Assembly (NCBI GenBank): GCA_051294905.1
Contig: CM119383.1
Span: 11,594,001 to 11,658,000 of the forward strand
Direction of reading: 5' to 3'
Origin: Botryllus schlosseri
Taxonomy: Eukaryota
Length of the DNA stretch: 64,000 nt
The translations under genes were made by a program, and so were the position numbers. Below the pieces are notes generated by a model that saw only the letters and a list, made by a program, of their open reading frames with translations, made no database searches and was not told the DNA's origin. This document shows, piece after piece, positions 24,601 to 37,700 of the stretch (positions are counted from its first letter, which is position 1; every line of letters starts with the position of its first letter).

Positions 24601-27600
24601 CTTATCTTTTACCGCAGTCTACGGTCAGTAGCATTTGCGTTTGAAGTGAACTGTGAATGTCAACACCAATACCGTCTGATTGCGTGACCTCACCACTTTT
24701 TCGCCCGTCTACACACACATATTTCTTTGAGAACATCGAATCCAACAATGACCTATCTATATCGCAGCTGACATTGCTTGAGTTTTGGTGAGTGACAATA
24801 ACGCTGATGTAACATTTCTACGACCGTTTCGAAAAAAAGATTATCAGGTGAACTTATATTTTGATTGATTTTAAACTTGCAATATTTCACCAGTTCATGT
24901 AAATTTTAGCGTTTCTTGAATACGTCCAGTGTGATAAAAGAATTTATTTCGTTATTTCCGTAAGCCTGCGTACTAGGCATGCAATTTGATATTTGATAAA
25001 TATGACATAAGGATCAATTCTTGTAAGATAATAACGTGGTAAAACAGTATTTTGTAAATGCCACACCCGGATTAGTAGTACAAAGCATAATCCCCGATAA
25101 AACACTATGAGTATCAAATGCTCAACTTGGGGTTGTCCGGATATGGTGAAAGGAATATATGCGAACTTCATAGGTATGCGTTACCGATTCTTGTTATCAA
25201 CAGGTGCAATGTTGAAAAGGCGATAAATGAAGAAAAGGTTACCTAGATTTCATCAATAAAAACCATTTGTGCATCTGATGAGATGCAGGTGAATAAATAG
25301 ACGATATGCTTATGATTGAGTAATATCAGAAATATCGCAATTTGCCAACGCATCACATTGCAAAATCACCTTTATATCACATATATCATCACCACTGCTG
25401 CATGTACAAGTACATTGTACATTATTCATCATGTGCATATCAACATTCAGATATCATGTTAACACTATCAATAGATTTACCCACACTATCGCGAGATAGT
25501 TCCTATACTCTGAATCATAGAGACTGGCATTGAATAGCGATACGATATTTCGCTTACGGTCATTGGTCATACTGGGAACTTTATTTTTCGTATCTTTCCT
25601 GTTACACGAGGATAAATACTTAGGACTATCACCTGATCTAGTCTCTGTTTATGTAATACGTTGACACATATATCAAAGGTCATTTGGTTTTGTAACGAAT
25701 GGATTCGTATAGAAATTTTGATGTCAATAATGATACAATGCAGGGTAAAATGTGTTTCTTGGATCGAAAAACATTGCCAATAAAAATACGTCATCAGATC
25801 CAGAAATTAACCCGCCTACCCCTGGAGTAACCGATGGCTATAGCCAAGAGTCGATTTGTAGGTCACGTAGCCTATATACTTATATCCTACACGACATGCG
25901 AATTGTGCTTCGCTAACAGTATTTCATTTTGAAAATCTAGGTACCTCGCAGTCTATATTATATATCTATCATAAAACAAAATTGAAGTCGATACATTGAG
26001 AAATGGATTTATGACGCAAGTAATTTTGAGTACTCTGGACAAAGTACATGAAATATAGTGGCTTAGTGGTACTATTACAGGGAACGGCAACCTTTGGAAT
26101 GCAGCGTGCCTAAAGATAAAAAAAAATTGTAAAGTATTACCAACTGGCGTGCCAGCCATTTTTAATTTTGTCATATTTATCGTTTCAAGCAAGGAATCAT
26201 GAAGCCATGAAAAACCATCTCGCGTGCCAGCCTCAAGTATCGTAGGCTCCGGTGGCAGTATATAGCATGACATGCACTGAAACTAAATTGTTCAATATAA
26301 TGCGGATCATCATTCTACTTGATGTATTGTTATTACCGCATCTGCATTACATCTGCAAAGCGCGTCCATCCACACGTTCATCCTCACTATTAGCGAAAAG
26401 ACTGTGTTGTGTATTCACGCTCAATGGACCGAAAATGGTGGTACAGGAAAACAGAACTTAACTCAGAAATATATATCGCGATCATAAGTCCTGAGCCTAC
26501 GCGCATGTCTTCCTACGTTACTTCGTGCATGCATAATTTGGATTAAAATGTTGTACTCGGTTTATACCGCGGTATAAGTCTGAGGCAGGTTCTGGTTTCG
26601 AGTACCATGAATGTTTATTCACAGTTTCAAACCCGTCTATCAAGGATGGTACACGGGTAGAACCACAATTTTTTCGCTCAGAGTAACACATTACATGATT
26701 TCAACAGTTTATTGGAATGCAACTCAAGCTTTTGATCCCTTTAAAAGTATCGGTAACCATTTCCACCTGATTTGACGAAAAGAACTGTTGTAATTAAAAA
26801 ACGGGTATATCTTCGGGTGAATACCCACTGCCACGACGGACTATATACATGTGGATATTTGTGATTTGATGTACTCCGCGCATTGATTGATGGCAATTAT
26901 ACGGGATTGTGGTCGAGGCAAGTGCTATGTAGAAACCGGAACCGACTTGTTGTTATTGATGTATCGCAGAGATAACGAGAGGATTAGCTTATTTCGTCGT
27001 TTTTCGCAAGCACCACGGAATCCCGAATGGTGAACGTGCCAGAAAAGCCGAATCTCTCATCGCTTCGTTCAACTATTCGCTTGTAAATCCAACAAACATC
27101 TGGAACTATTATATTTGATCAACTACATCGAAATAAAATGATGCAAAGGTTCAAACATGCCGCTTCTTGCATGATTTGAATATGAAAGATAAATACCAGA
27201 TTTCTTTGAAGGAGAACATTATGTTCAAACAACTATTCGAATTTCATTTGTTCTCGTGATGGTCAGTTAGCATTTATACATAGGCTATATCAATTACAGT
27301 TGGAATTCATTGTGATGCGGTTGCTAAAGCTCAAATCAAATAGTAGGACTCCTCCATTTTACCATTTCAAGTTGTCTTTAAAAAGATTCAATTGCACCAT
27401 ACAGTCACTTTACGTTGGGGAGTAAGAACCGCTAGAGGTATATAATGTAGTGTAGTGCGCCCCGCACAATCTCATAAACATGCAGGACGCAGTAAGCAAA
27501 AAATAAATTCCCGAAAAGATTTAAGAGTAGGTATGCCTTACTTTGATACCAGCATCGGTTAATATCATATACATATACATAAACATAATTCCTATCAAGT

Positions 27601-28514
27601 TACACGTACGTCGTACACGGTCCTGCACAGGCCTATAGGCCTACTACACAGCTAACATGATGGCTGGTCAACGAAGCCACAAAACGGAATTTACTGAGAA
27701 ATATTCAGATGTGATGACCTTGTAAGTAGAATGCTCCGATTACGAATGAATGTAAGGAACGACTAGGAAATAATTTCGACGAGAGGGATAATACGAACGT
27801 CGCGTTGTACGTTGTGGTTGGTGAGTGTTGTGTTATTGGATCAGCATACCAACACGACAAAAGTTTTAGCTTTAGAAGGGAGATTAATTATGCGGAAACC
27901 GTGCCTTGTACCCTCTCAACACGGTTCACCACATAAGACTTCGGAAACAGAAAACGCAATCGACGCAAGTTAATGTTCCGTATTTTCTTATTATTTTACA
28001 GATCAAGATTCGCCAATTCCGAAAGTGACGCTACAGGGTGTTAAATATTCAATTTCCGACATTCTTCTTAAATTACATGAATACGATAACACGGGATTAT
28101 ACGAACAGTATAATATAACACGTCTAAACTGTCTCGGTGATACTACCGTTTCACCAAATGCCGACAATTACACAATTGCTGATAGCTGACAACCACATCT
28201 CGCATATGTCAGGTTACAAAATGCAACGAAGAATCAATCCTCTGTCGACCGCTATTGGCTCCACGATGTTATCTAATTTGGCAACAAACTACTTTCCGCA
28301 GATGGACTTGGGTTGTCCGATAGCGTTCGCACCGACGTTCGCAATGTCTTTTCGGCGCGAATTCATGCATATAGGCTATATACTCCAACGAAACTTCTGT
28401 TTCGTAAGATCTCGACCGCACTTACCTTGATTGCAATATGCCATCGCTTTCTCCTGCACATGCGATTATCGAAATGCATATAAGTAATCCGAAAACATAT
28501 ATTCGTGCTGTCAT
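9672..28514 (-). CDS. Secreted multi-EGF (Ca-binding EGF) protein with basic linkers
   Basis: Phase-compatible GT-AG exons: 28514-28426 (signal peptide MTARIYVFGLLICISIIACAG), 24377-24160, 17803-17572 (DVNECARR EGF), 14094-14030, 12076-11963 (EGF), 11855-11715 (DVNECLD cbEGF) and 9871-9672 (DANECLN cbEGF, TAG stop). The link between 14030 and 12076 (possible exon near 13010-12900) is unresolved. Confidence 0.8.
10602..11217. mobile_element. Foldback MITE, 616 bp, almost entirely palindromic
   Basis: TIR TAGGGCTGTT/AACAGCCCTA, 8-bp TSD ATGTACAA (10594-10601 and 11218-11225), inverted arms of about 290 bp. Confidence 0.92.
12230..12460. repeat. AT-rich dispersed repeat with tttaaaaca/tgttttaaa motifs (other copies about 21700-21830, 22980-23130, 31960-32200)
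   Basis: Recurrent gtttaaaac/aaaacatgttttaaac motifs at four loci. Class not determined. Confidence 0.45.
14841..15029 (+). mobile_element. 5'-truncated copy of a tRNA-derived SINE
   Basis: The body matches 31563-31720 in reverse, with a (CAAA)n tail and 12-bp TSD ACCGCATGCCTA (14829-14840 and 15030-15041). Confidence 0.85.
17395..17480. repeat. ctactcaagta/agtagaagt repeat family (other copies about 32745-32900, 39130-39320, 63228-63360)
   Basis: Recurrent tactcaagta/tacttgagta and gtagaagt motifs, probably MITE remnants. Confidence 0.45.
18173..19662. mobile_element. Non-autonomous hAT element
   Basis: Perfect 14-bp TIR CAGAGGTCTCAAAC/GTTTGAGACCTCTG, 8-bp TSD CATTAAAG, subterminal gcgggccgc motifs. 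Confidence 0.9.
21846..22851. mobile_element. Non-autonomous hAT element containing a nested MITE
   Basis: TIR CAGGGGTCGCCAAC/GTTAGTGACCCCTG and TSD GCCTAGGG (21838-21845 and 22852-22859). Confidence 0.9.
22206..22517. mobile_element. hAT MITE nested in 21846-22851
   Basis: TIR CAGTGGTTCTCAA/TTAAGAACCACTG and TSD CCCTAAGC (22198-22205 and 22518-22525). Confidence 0.9.
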
Positions 28515-29048
28515 GTTGGCCGTCTTGGCATCAAAGTTCCTCACTGACAGAGAAGTTTGGATCGCAATGATGCTGCGTCTGATTCATGGCACGTTCCGAG
28601 ATACACGCTTTAAGAAAAAATGAATCCAACTGAACCACCTTTGTCAGACATAGGCAAGGTAAGGAGATTGTCACCACGAATCGTTATCTTGTTTGATCAG
28701 AAACCATCGTAAGTGCCTTGATTGTAGTTGGTATTTGGTATTTGGTAGTTCGAATGTCCATCTCCTCAAAATAGGGATGTTCCTGAAGGGCCTACGCAGG
28801 CTTATATATTCAAGTCTTTCCCTTGCGTTAATGACAAATTTTCCAGGTTTTTCGACTCCGTCCTACATCTTTTTTGTTATATCACAATCTTCTGGTGTTT
28901 CAAATTGATGAAAATATTTGTATATTGAACTGAACAAAATGTATAAGTAAAATTTATATTTCAGGACCGTGTAACCGTATCGGAGCACGACTTTCACATC
29001 ACCATCATTGCGTGATGTGAAGGTTGTTCGTGACCCAGATCTACCGGA

Positions 29049-29061
29049 TACTCTTTTTTTT
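29049..29061 (+). promoter_or_regulatory. TCT/5'TOP-like pyrimidine tract (also readable as a 3' splice site ending at 29067)
   Basis: CTCTTTTTTTT begins 50 nt upstream of the RPL37A-like ATG. Confidence 0.45.
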
Positions 29062-29082
29062 GTGCAGTACCGTAGGGTATAG

Positions 29083-29376
<294 letters not shown>

Positions 29377-29491
29377 ATCCTTGGAATATACCTCGACTGC
29401 ATTCATTTGGGCATACCAGAGACATTCTATTGTACGACATCAAATCAACTGGTGAAGTCTGAATTTATTGTCAATAAATCAACCTAATGAG

Positions 29492-30384
29492 TAGGGCGGT
29501 TTTTTTTTTACCAAAAAAAAAGTAAATTTTGACCTAAAAAAATCAAAATTTTGACTTTTTTACCTAAAAAAACTTAATTTTGACCAAATTTTGACCTAAG
29601 ATATGCAAATTAGGTGTTTTCCCACATAATGTTAAAATTGTACCACTTATCTTCATTTCTGGTTGGAACTGATGACTGTCCTAACGAAGTAGTTTGGCCT
29701 GGAAAAACGTTTTTGGCTTAGAAACAGGCAACTTTTTACGTGAAAAAAAAACAATATTTTAACGAAATCTGGCCCTATGAAGAATTCCAGTGGTTACAAT
29801 ATGTATTATGGTAGAAATAATTAAAAATATTTTGTAGTACAACGAGAGATACTTTCCTACATTCTTGGGTAGAAAGTGCACGGACTGCACGTCCTTACTA
29901 AGAAGCTTGCCAAGAACGTTCAACAGCAGCAGTTGCTGGCTGACAACACTCAACTTGTGCGTACACTGCTGGTGCTGGTGACACACCGTGTTGCTTCATT
30001 CTGACAATGTTGTCTACATCACAATTTTTCATCATGCGCTTCTTAATATGAGAATGATGCAACGCACAAGAAAACTTTCTTCAGTTAGGATATTGCGGTA
30101 CGTTGACCATAACACCATGCCTACCTATTATTTGTTTTATTCGACCGTTTATGATTCACAATGAGCAGACGATTAGCCGTTTACAACGGTAGGCCTATAA
30201 AATAGGCTAAAAGCGGTAAAATATCACATTATAAGTTCACCAATAGTGCAAAATCTACGATACAAACAAAATGCAGACGTCAAAATTTTTTTGACTTTAT
30301 GAAAAAATTTGACAAATTTTTACCTAACGCTACAATTTTGACAAATTTTTGACAAATTTTGACATGTCAAAAAAAAACGCCCTA
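29492..30384 (-). mobile_element. Internally deleted hAT transposon retaining the transposase C-terminus
   Basis: TIR TAGGGCG/CGCCCTA and TSD CTAATGAG (29484-29491 and 30385-30392). The minus strand gives CCQPATAAVERS and, after a frameshift, [23 protein letters not shown], resembling the hAT dimerization domain. Confidence 0.88.
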
Positions 30385-31562
30385 CTAATGAGTTAATGAT
30401 GCTCGAACGAATATGCGGATTGCGGAATAATCCTGCCTGCTTCAAGAAAGCGCAGATTGACATATATATTTTTGTCGATTTATCGGAAATGAAATTGTGA
30501 TATGAAATTGTTGTATGAAATTGGGATATCAAATTATTTACGTAGTTAGTTACAATAAGAGTTATATGAATAGGCTATTGCAGGAATGTCAGACATGCGG
30601 CCAACCAGATGATTTCATCCGGCCCGCGAAGCATTCCCGAGTAACTGAAAATTTGCATGTATTAATGCTGGATCTTGCAAACGCAGCCTACTTCATTCTT
30701 CCCATTTCATTGAAGTGATGAGTTTCTTCTGTGCGGTGGTATTTAAAGTTTTTTATGTCGTGCTCCAGAATCGTATCCTTGGAAACCAGAATGCTGATTA
30801 AATAATAATTACCGACAAGAATACCAGTTTAACGTTCAATCCCTATAGAAATAGGGAACACTATGGTGTCCCTCAGACCCAGACTTAGGCCCAAGGCCGC
30901 ACCACTAGCGAACTAAATGGAGCGCATTTGAAATAGGCCGACTTGTCGTCGTGACCCGCCTGTTTGATTCACTCTTTCAGTGGCTTATAACTGTATTCAA
31001 TCGTCGAATCATTGTAGGCCTATATATAATTGCCAATCCTATTGTTCCTGGAAGCGAGAGAACCCATATGCGATCCCTAATATCTGGAGAATGAAGCTTT
31101 CCACTGAATAACAAAGGTATGGATTTGGAAGTAGCATTTACACATGATTATCCCGGTCCCGCCCCTGGCGACCATACTAGAAGGCGTGAATCTGGGCCGC
31201 GACAAAAATTCAGTTTGATACCCATGGTTTAAAAACATAGTGCTTTGATGAGCATCCTATAGGCCAGGGGTCCTTAAACTTATTTTATCGCGGATCCCTT
31301 CAAGTTTTGCGGGCGGTTGGGGTTAGTGCCCCACGATTTCAAACGCACTTTGTGGCCTAATCTCGATTCAGGCTATGCTATATATGCTGTCTAAAAGTGT
31401 ACTAATGACTAAACGAGGTAGTCACGGTCACGGGCATGTCATCATTGCCAAGTGGTAACTGGGTTTGTAGTATTTTGACTTATGATGTATTTCAACGTTG
31501 TCCTTTCACGGACCTCCAAAAAACATTTTTATATACGCTATACACCAACTGAATCAAGGACA

Positions 31563-31816
31563 TGTAGTTTGTTTGTTTGGTGGTATTCATGGTGTTTGTC
31601 GACTATTATGGTCATTTACACCAGGCCGATACTCTTCATTTTTATTCCGTAACTGCCGACTTATAGCACGGCCCACTTCTAGGCTTTTTGTAAGACTCCG
31701 CTTACGTGGATGAGGTGACGAGGTATAGGAATTCTGAAGTCGACCTCGGTCGGACTCGAACCCGCGACCCATTGGTGTTGCAGCCGCGGATTATACCACT
31801 GCGCCATATCGCCATC
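31563..31816 (-). mobile_element. Full-length tRNA-derived SINE
   Basis: A box TGGCGCAGTGG (31806-31796), B box GGTTCGAGTCC (31762-31752), body shared with 14841-15029, (CAAA)n tail, 9-bp TSD TCAAGGACA (31554-31562 and 31817-31825). Confidence 0.88.
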
Positions 31817-33239
31817 TCAAGGACACGGAGTTCATGACAGCAGCCTGAACAGTAACACTGAAACAAGCCGGATTTTGCGATTAGACTATAATGTAGTCCT
31901 ATCTATCTTCAATATACCCAACAAAGCATTGCGGTTGATGTACGAATATAAACCTAGGGTTTTCATTTAAAACAAACGGTGTTTGAAAACACTTTGTTCA
32001 AAACATGTTTTAAACATTGTTTTAAACCAATGCCTTTTAAAAAAATTGTGCATCTTTTTTCAAACGTTTTCTGATTATGCCGTAATCGTGTAAATACGTA
32101 CGAAAAAACAAGTAGTTTGAGCCTGCGGGCGATTTGCACGCATAACATATGGACAACAAAAAAATTTCATCACATGATGTGACGTCACGCAAATTTCCAA
32201 TATTTTTACCTGTAATGGCCGATAACGACATTTCTTTCAAAATGTGATATCGACTCGATATTACCGGCGAACGATAATAATTAGTCGGACTCCGTTCGGA
32301 TGATGTTTTGGGGCATCCAGAACCGAACTTGATCGATAAAATGGAATCTTGAATAATCCTCAGCTTGTTTCCATTTTTAATGTTAAAATCCTGATAAAAA
32401 ATTCTGCTCAAGGCAGGTCTATATGTCCCTGTTGTTAATATTTTTCTAATTATACCTAGACATTGCATTTTAGTTTGCTAAAGGATTCTTCGAGATTCTG
32501 GTGCAATGCAACAACTATGTAGGCTATACCCGAGTTCAAGTTCACTTAAACATCGAATTTAACAAACATTCACTTTCACGCCCTAAAAATTTTACATTCT
32601 GTCCTAAAATGCATATCAGGAAATTGGGCAAAACGGTGAACAATCCGGATCCAGTTATGTTTCAGATAATCTTGCCAGATTCCTGTCCGGTTAGAATACC
32701 AAATCCTCATCCCCTCTCTCCGCGGTGGTGAGAAGAGGTGTCACTCGCAAGCATAGGTGGTCAAAGTAGTCAAGAAAAGTAGAAGTGGCGACGAGAAAAT
32801 CTACTCAAGTATGAGTAGAAGCACTTCTTCCTAAAACTACTTGAAGCAGAAGTAGATTTGACTGACTTTAACTCTACTCAAGTAAGTAAGTAGTTTTGAA
32901 AACTGTCTTAATTCGTTCGCATGGACTGTCAAAAGCTGCAAATTAAGCTATGCGGAAGGTGCAGAGAGCTTGCTTCGTATTGATGCATCCCAAGATACAT
33001 CAATTTTCGACAGAATAAGCATTCTTTCGAATCATGGAATGCAAATTATAGTATTGATATGAAAATGCGATAAATCCTTTGTTTACAAGAAGACCCCGTT
33101 TTAGAGAATATCATGGTATGGCACCCTACCCCATATTATAAGGCCCAAAGTTTAGGCGAAGAGCAATACTGAAAAGTTGTATCGGATACAGTTTCAACAC
33201 TTTGCACGATTAGTATACGTTATAATAACACCTGTGATC

Positions 33240-34590
33240 AATTGCCCAAAGTGCATGAGTGGATGTCTCATAATATATATAGCCTTCGGGTTAACGCTGC
33301 GAAATCCCAATTATTGGTCGTGAACTCCTGCGATAACCTAACCGTTGACATCGCTGGCCAACCAACTTCCAACGCCAAAAATGCCAAATACCTTGGTGCT
33401 TTACTTTATTCGGACATGTCTTGGAAGAGTCACATACAATCTACTCAAACCACAACAATCGAAGGTATGTGGTCTGTTTCGCCGCCTTAGCCACACTCTG
33501 CCGGTTAGAGTTCTGTTGATACTTTTCAACACTCTACAGTCGTCGAGCATGTCCGCATTCAAATCGAAATACAGGATTCAGGATTACCGGACCACGACCT
33601 AACATCGACCTCGCCCTCCGCCACATGCCATCTCATTTTGTCGCTTGCGTCTTATATTCTCTGCATTACTTTTCATTCAGTGTGCACTGTACAAGTGTGC
33701 AACTGTGTGCATGCCTCTTCTTTACTTCGCCTAGGCCAGGGGTGTCAAACACGGCCCGCGGGCCGCATCCAGCCGGCCAAGCCATTTCATTCGGCCCGCG
33801 GGCCAATTTGGAGTTGACTGATATATATTTATATTATCCATCACATTTGTAACAAATGTTGAGTTTTTTGTAGGAATTTCCTCCATTAAATAATCCCCCA
33901 AGACAGCTGATTCAGAGCATAGGATGTCCAGTCCACATTATTACCACTCGACTGTTGTGTTGTGGTTCCTTTCTAGTTACCACTGGGAAAAAGTCGGTGA
34001 CTTTATCACTCAATCTCAAGAAGGCATTTGGTCCATTAGAGTTTTACGGAAAAATGAAACAAAAAACGTAATTATTAACAGAAGCGATAACGCCAATGCG
34101 AAACCGTTATAAGCAGTTTACATGTAGAATATAGTGGTTATAGAAAAATACAATGCAAATATCCGTAATTGCACTGCCGTGTCACTTCAACTCAAAAGGT
34201 GCTCGGCCTCCAGACAAACCCGAATTGCCCTTGTTCGCGAATAAAGGTGTTGCTACTTGTTAGAATAAAACCCCTATGATCCGTGGTACAATGCAATATA
34301 CTATTATATGTATATACTTGATAATAAAGTGTTCAAGGGAAAATATTGGGCATGATTTTGGAATCAGCGGACTGGTGTGGCCTGCGAGCGATTTGAAGGT
34401 TAGAATCCGGCCCGCGACGCAATTTGAGTTTGACACCCCTGGCCTAGGCTAAGGCTCAGTGGGCCAAGGTGGGTGTCTGATCTTAAAGGCTACTCCAAGT
34501 TGTTTCGACACCTTCCTATCTTTTCATTGTATCGCAGTCTTGTGATGTTTTGAAATGATGACAATATTAATAAAACTGATTCATTGATTG
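33240..34590 (+). mobile_element. L2/CR1-like LINE 3' portion (internally deleted), interrupted by a hAT element
   Basis: KVHEWMSHN..VNAAKSQ, KYLGALLYSDMSWKSHIQS and KVCGLFRRLSHTLP. The 3' UTR is continuous across 33737-34441 and ends AATAAA plus short repeats. Confidence 0.8.
33737..34441. mobile_element. Non-autonomous hAT element
   Basis: Perfect TIR CAGGGGTGTCAAAC/GTTTGACACCCCTG and TSD GCCTAGGC (33729-33736 and 34442-34449). Confidence 0.92.
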
Positions 34591-34785
34591 GGTCAGTGGT
34601 CGTTGATGGCGATGTCTCTGTGGTTGCATTGCATCGAATCAATGGTAGGGAAGGAAATTAGCCTCGAAGAAGACTCTCGTTCTGCACCGATAGTCGCCGG
34701 TACTGGGTTTGGTCGATTATTGCGATAAATTTTGGGGATATATTGGAGTAATTTTGGTGTTGAAGGAACTAAAAATTGGGTCAAG

Positions 34786-37700
34786 ATGGTGAGTATTTGC
34801 ACTTTTTATCAGAATCATGGTTTTTCCCTCGCTAGCTGATTGTACATCAGCCTCTTTCATGAGATCATATCAGTGGAAGCTCCCCAGCTTGTGTTCACTG
34901 TTAGCATGTGATTGTCATTTGTCGTAGTATTGACCATGTACCGTAGAATTTACAGCGTTTGATAACAATTCTTTTCTAGTCGTCGACGCTGAGACCATAT
35001 CTCAATGCAGTGAAATCTACTCTAACCGCTTCTATGTGCTTACAAAACTTCAATTCGCAAGTCGTGGAGCGACACAACAAGCCTGAGGTTTGTAGTATAG
35101 GCTACTGAAGTACCAAGTAGCACATCTCCCGGTACTCTTTTATCAGCAAATGCGCTACCACTGTCTGTGCTATTTTTACCAGGTCGAGGTTCGAAGTAGT
35201 AAAGAGCTGTTGATGACACCTCTTATCATAGCCAGGAATGAAAAAGAAAAGGTTATGATCGAAACGTCAATAAATTCAATCAGGATCAGCATTGCAATCA
35301 AACAGGTAAATAATGCTTGTAAATAAGGCTTGTAAATAAGGCTTGTATAAGGTAGGTTGGATGCTAGTCTTGCTACTCCATATGGTATATTATTATACTT
35401 CTGATGCTTTACCAACCATTTAGAAGTCTAAAACATGGACAGTGGCGAGTGGCCACTACTCTCTGGAAAGTTGCCATTGCTATGCTTTCACTATAATTTC
35501 TTCTGCCAGAATAAATTTGTTGTGCTCTGATCCATATTTTGGAATATTCACTATAGTGTGTGATTTTGTGTGTGTTATGATCATTAGTCGAGCAAAACAT
35601 TGTAATTTCTCAAGTATACTCTACCCACACTTATTTCATGGCGAGCAACTGCGACATCCTAGTAAATCAAAATGCATCAACTGAAACCTGCGAAAATTAA
35701 TGTCTTCACATCTCCCTCTTTCTTCGATCTTCGGTAAACGGTTCCCTAAATTTCTTTATGCTGTGTCTGTAGAAATGGATAGTAATAATGGATAATAATA
35801 ATAATAATATACTAATCATAATCGTAATTTGAAGTGTCCGCATTCACTGCTAAATCTCTTCAATTCCTCATAACACATATTTAGGTCAACACCACATCAC
35901 GAATGAAACAAAGGGAGCATAGAAATATGCAAACTGTTTTAGTGGTTTGTAACTTAATTTATTCAGCCTACCATTGTATTTTCACCCATTCCATTGTTTG
36001 TGAATAAAAGTGTTGCTAGAGTTGAGCTCTATTTGATATACAGGCTGGATAACAATGAAGCATTCCATCCTAACTCGGATGTTGGACTGTGGACCCGCCA
36101 TTGTCACCTAGTATGAGAAAATATTTTGAACTGCACAACGAGGGTTCCTGTCGATGTGGATCAAAAATTAAGGACAGCCAAAAATTCCAAGCAGTCTAAC
36201 CGCGAAATTTTGGAAGCTGATGACTAAAAAATGGTCACCACTTCCGTCTCAATCACGGCGTCATATTGCCATCTGGTCTAGATGATGCCTAAAAAGCTAC
36301 CTGACTTTAAAAAAGGTCGTCACTTTCGCTTGTGACTCAGCGCTTGATGAGCGCTGAAAATGAGACAGAATAGGTACACGAGTCAAAAATAAGGACAGAT
36401 CTTATAAAGGAGAATGTCATTTTATAGTTGTGGTTTCAAGATTGGCATTGCATGGACCACCTAAAACTTGTTCGCGGACACCCAAGGCTTCCATGAACAA
36501 CAGTTTAAGAACCCTGATTTACAGAAGTCCACTACAAATAGCTGACACCCGGTCTTTTTCCAGGCCGACGAGCTCGAACAAATTCTCTGCAGTAAATTCT
36601 CCCGATTCATGATGATGCGAGCGGAAAACTTCCACGTTCTCAGACGAAAGCCCGTACAGGTAACAATCTCTAAGTTGATCGGCGATTCTCATCAACCTCA
36701 GCGAGCGTTTCCTTTTTGCAGGGTTACGACATCAGTTTCTTGATCACAAACTTCCACACGGAACAGATGTACAAGCACAAAGTGGTGGATTTCGTTATAC
36801 ATTTTATGGAGGAGATCGATAAGGAAATTAGCGAAATGAAGCTGGCTGTCAACGCCCGAGCCAGGATCTGCGCGGAAGAGTTTTTGAAGAAAGTAAGTGA
36901 GATCGGCAGGGCTGCCATCAATTTGAGAAGAACCTAAAGACGGCCGAAAATTCTGAGAAGCTAACTATGAAATTTGTAAACTGTTGACTAAAACAGAAAC
37001 AATAATAATTTTCGCCTACACGGCCTTTTTGATAAGCTGATGACAAAAAAGTTGGGCGATTTTTTTTAAACTTGGAAACGGAAGATTTTGACCAAATTTT
37101 ACCTAACATATGCAAATTAGGTGTTTTCCCACTCAATGTTAGAATTGTACTCCTTATCTTCATTTCTGGTTGGAACTGTCTGTCCTTACAAAGTAGCTTG
37201 GCCTGAAAAAAGCTTTTTGGCCTCAAAAACTGAAAAATTTTTACATGAAAAAAAATTTAATCAAACGAAATCTGGCCCTATGAAGAATTCCAGTAGTTAC
37301 ATTACGCATTATTGTAGAAATAATCAAAAATTTTTGTAGTACAACGAAAGATACTTCCCTACATTCTCGGGTAGAAAGTATCTGTCCTTACTAAGTAGCT
37401 TGCCAAGAATGGAGAAAAAAACATTCAACAGCAGCAGTTGTTGGCTGACAACACTGAAGTTGTGCGTATACTGCTGGTGCTGGTGACACACCGTGTTGCT
37501 TCATTCTGGCAATGTTGTCTACATCACAATTTTTCATCATGCGCTTCTTGATATATGAACCATGCAATGCCCACGCAGTCTTGCTTCAGTAGGGATATTG
37601 CGGTACGCTGAGCTTAATTAACACCATGTCAACCTTTTTGTTTCATTTGAATGTTTATGATTCACAATGGGCCGTCTACAACGGTTGACCTATAGAGTAG

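Noticed and set aside
25265-25300. Hammerhead ribozyme core (CTGATGA in a small hairpin); similar hits near 1144 and 29669
   Set aside because: No correctly placed stem II plus GAAA or cleavage triplet.
31740-31813. Functional tRNA gene (GCA/Cys-like loop)
   Set aside because: The A and B boxes are present, but the acceptor and anticodon stems do not pair. It continues into a repeated body with a (CAAA)n tail and TSD, so it is a SINE head.
36215-36310. Box C/D snoRNA in ARPC4 intron 3 (TGATGA...CTGA)
   Set aside because: The C box is imperfect (CTGATGA), the terminal stem is weak, and I could not identify an rRNA guide complement by eye.
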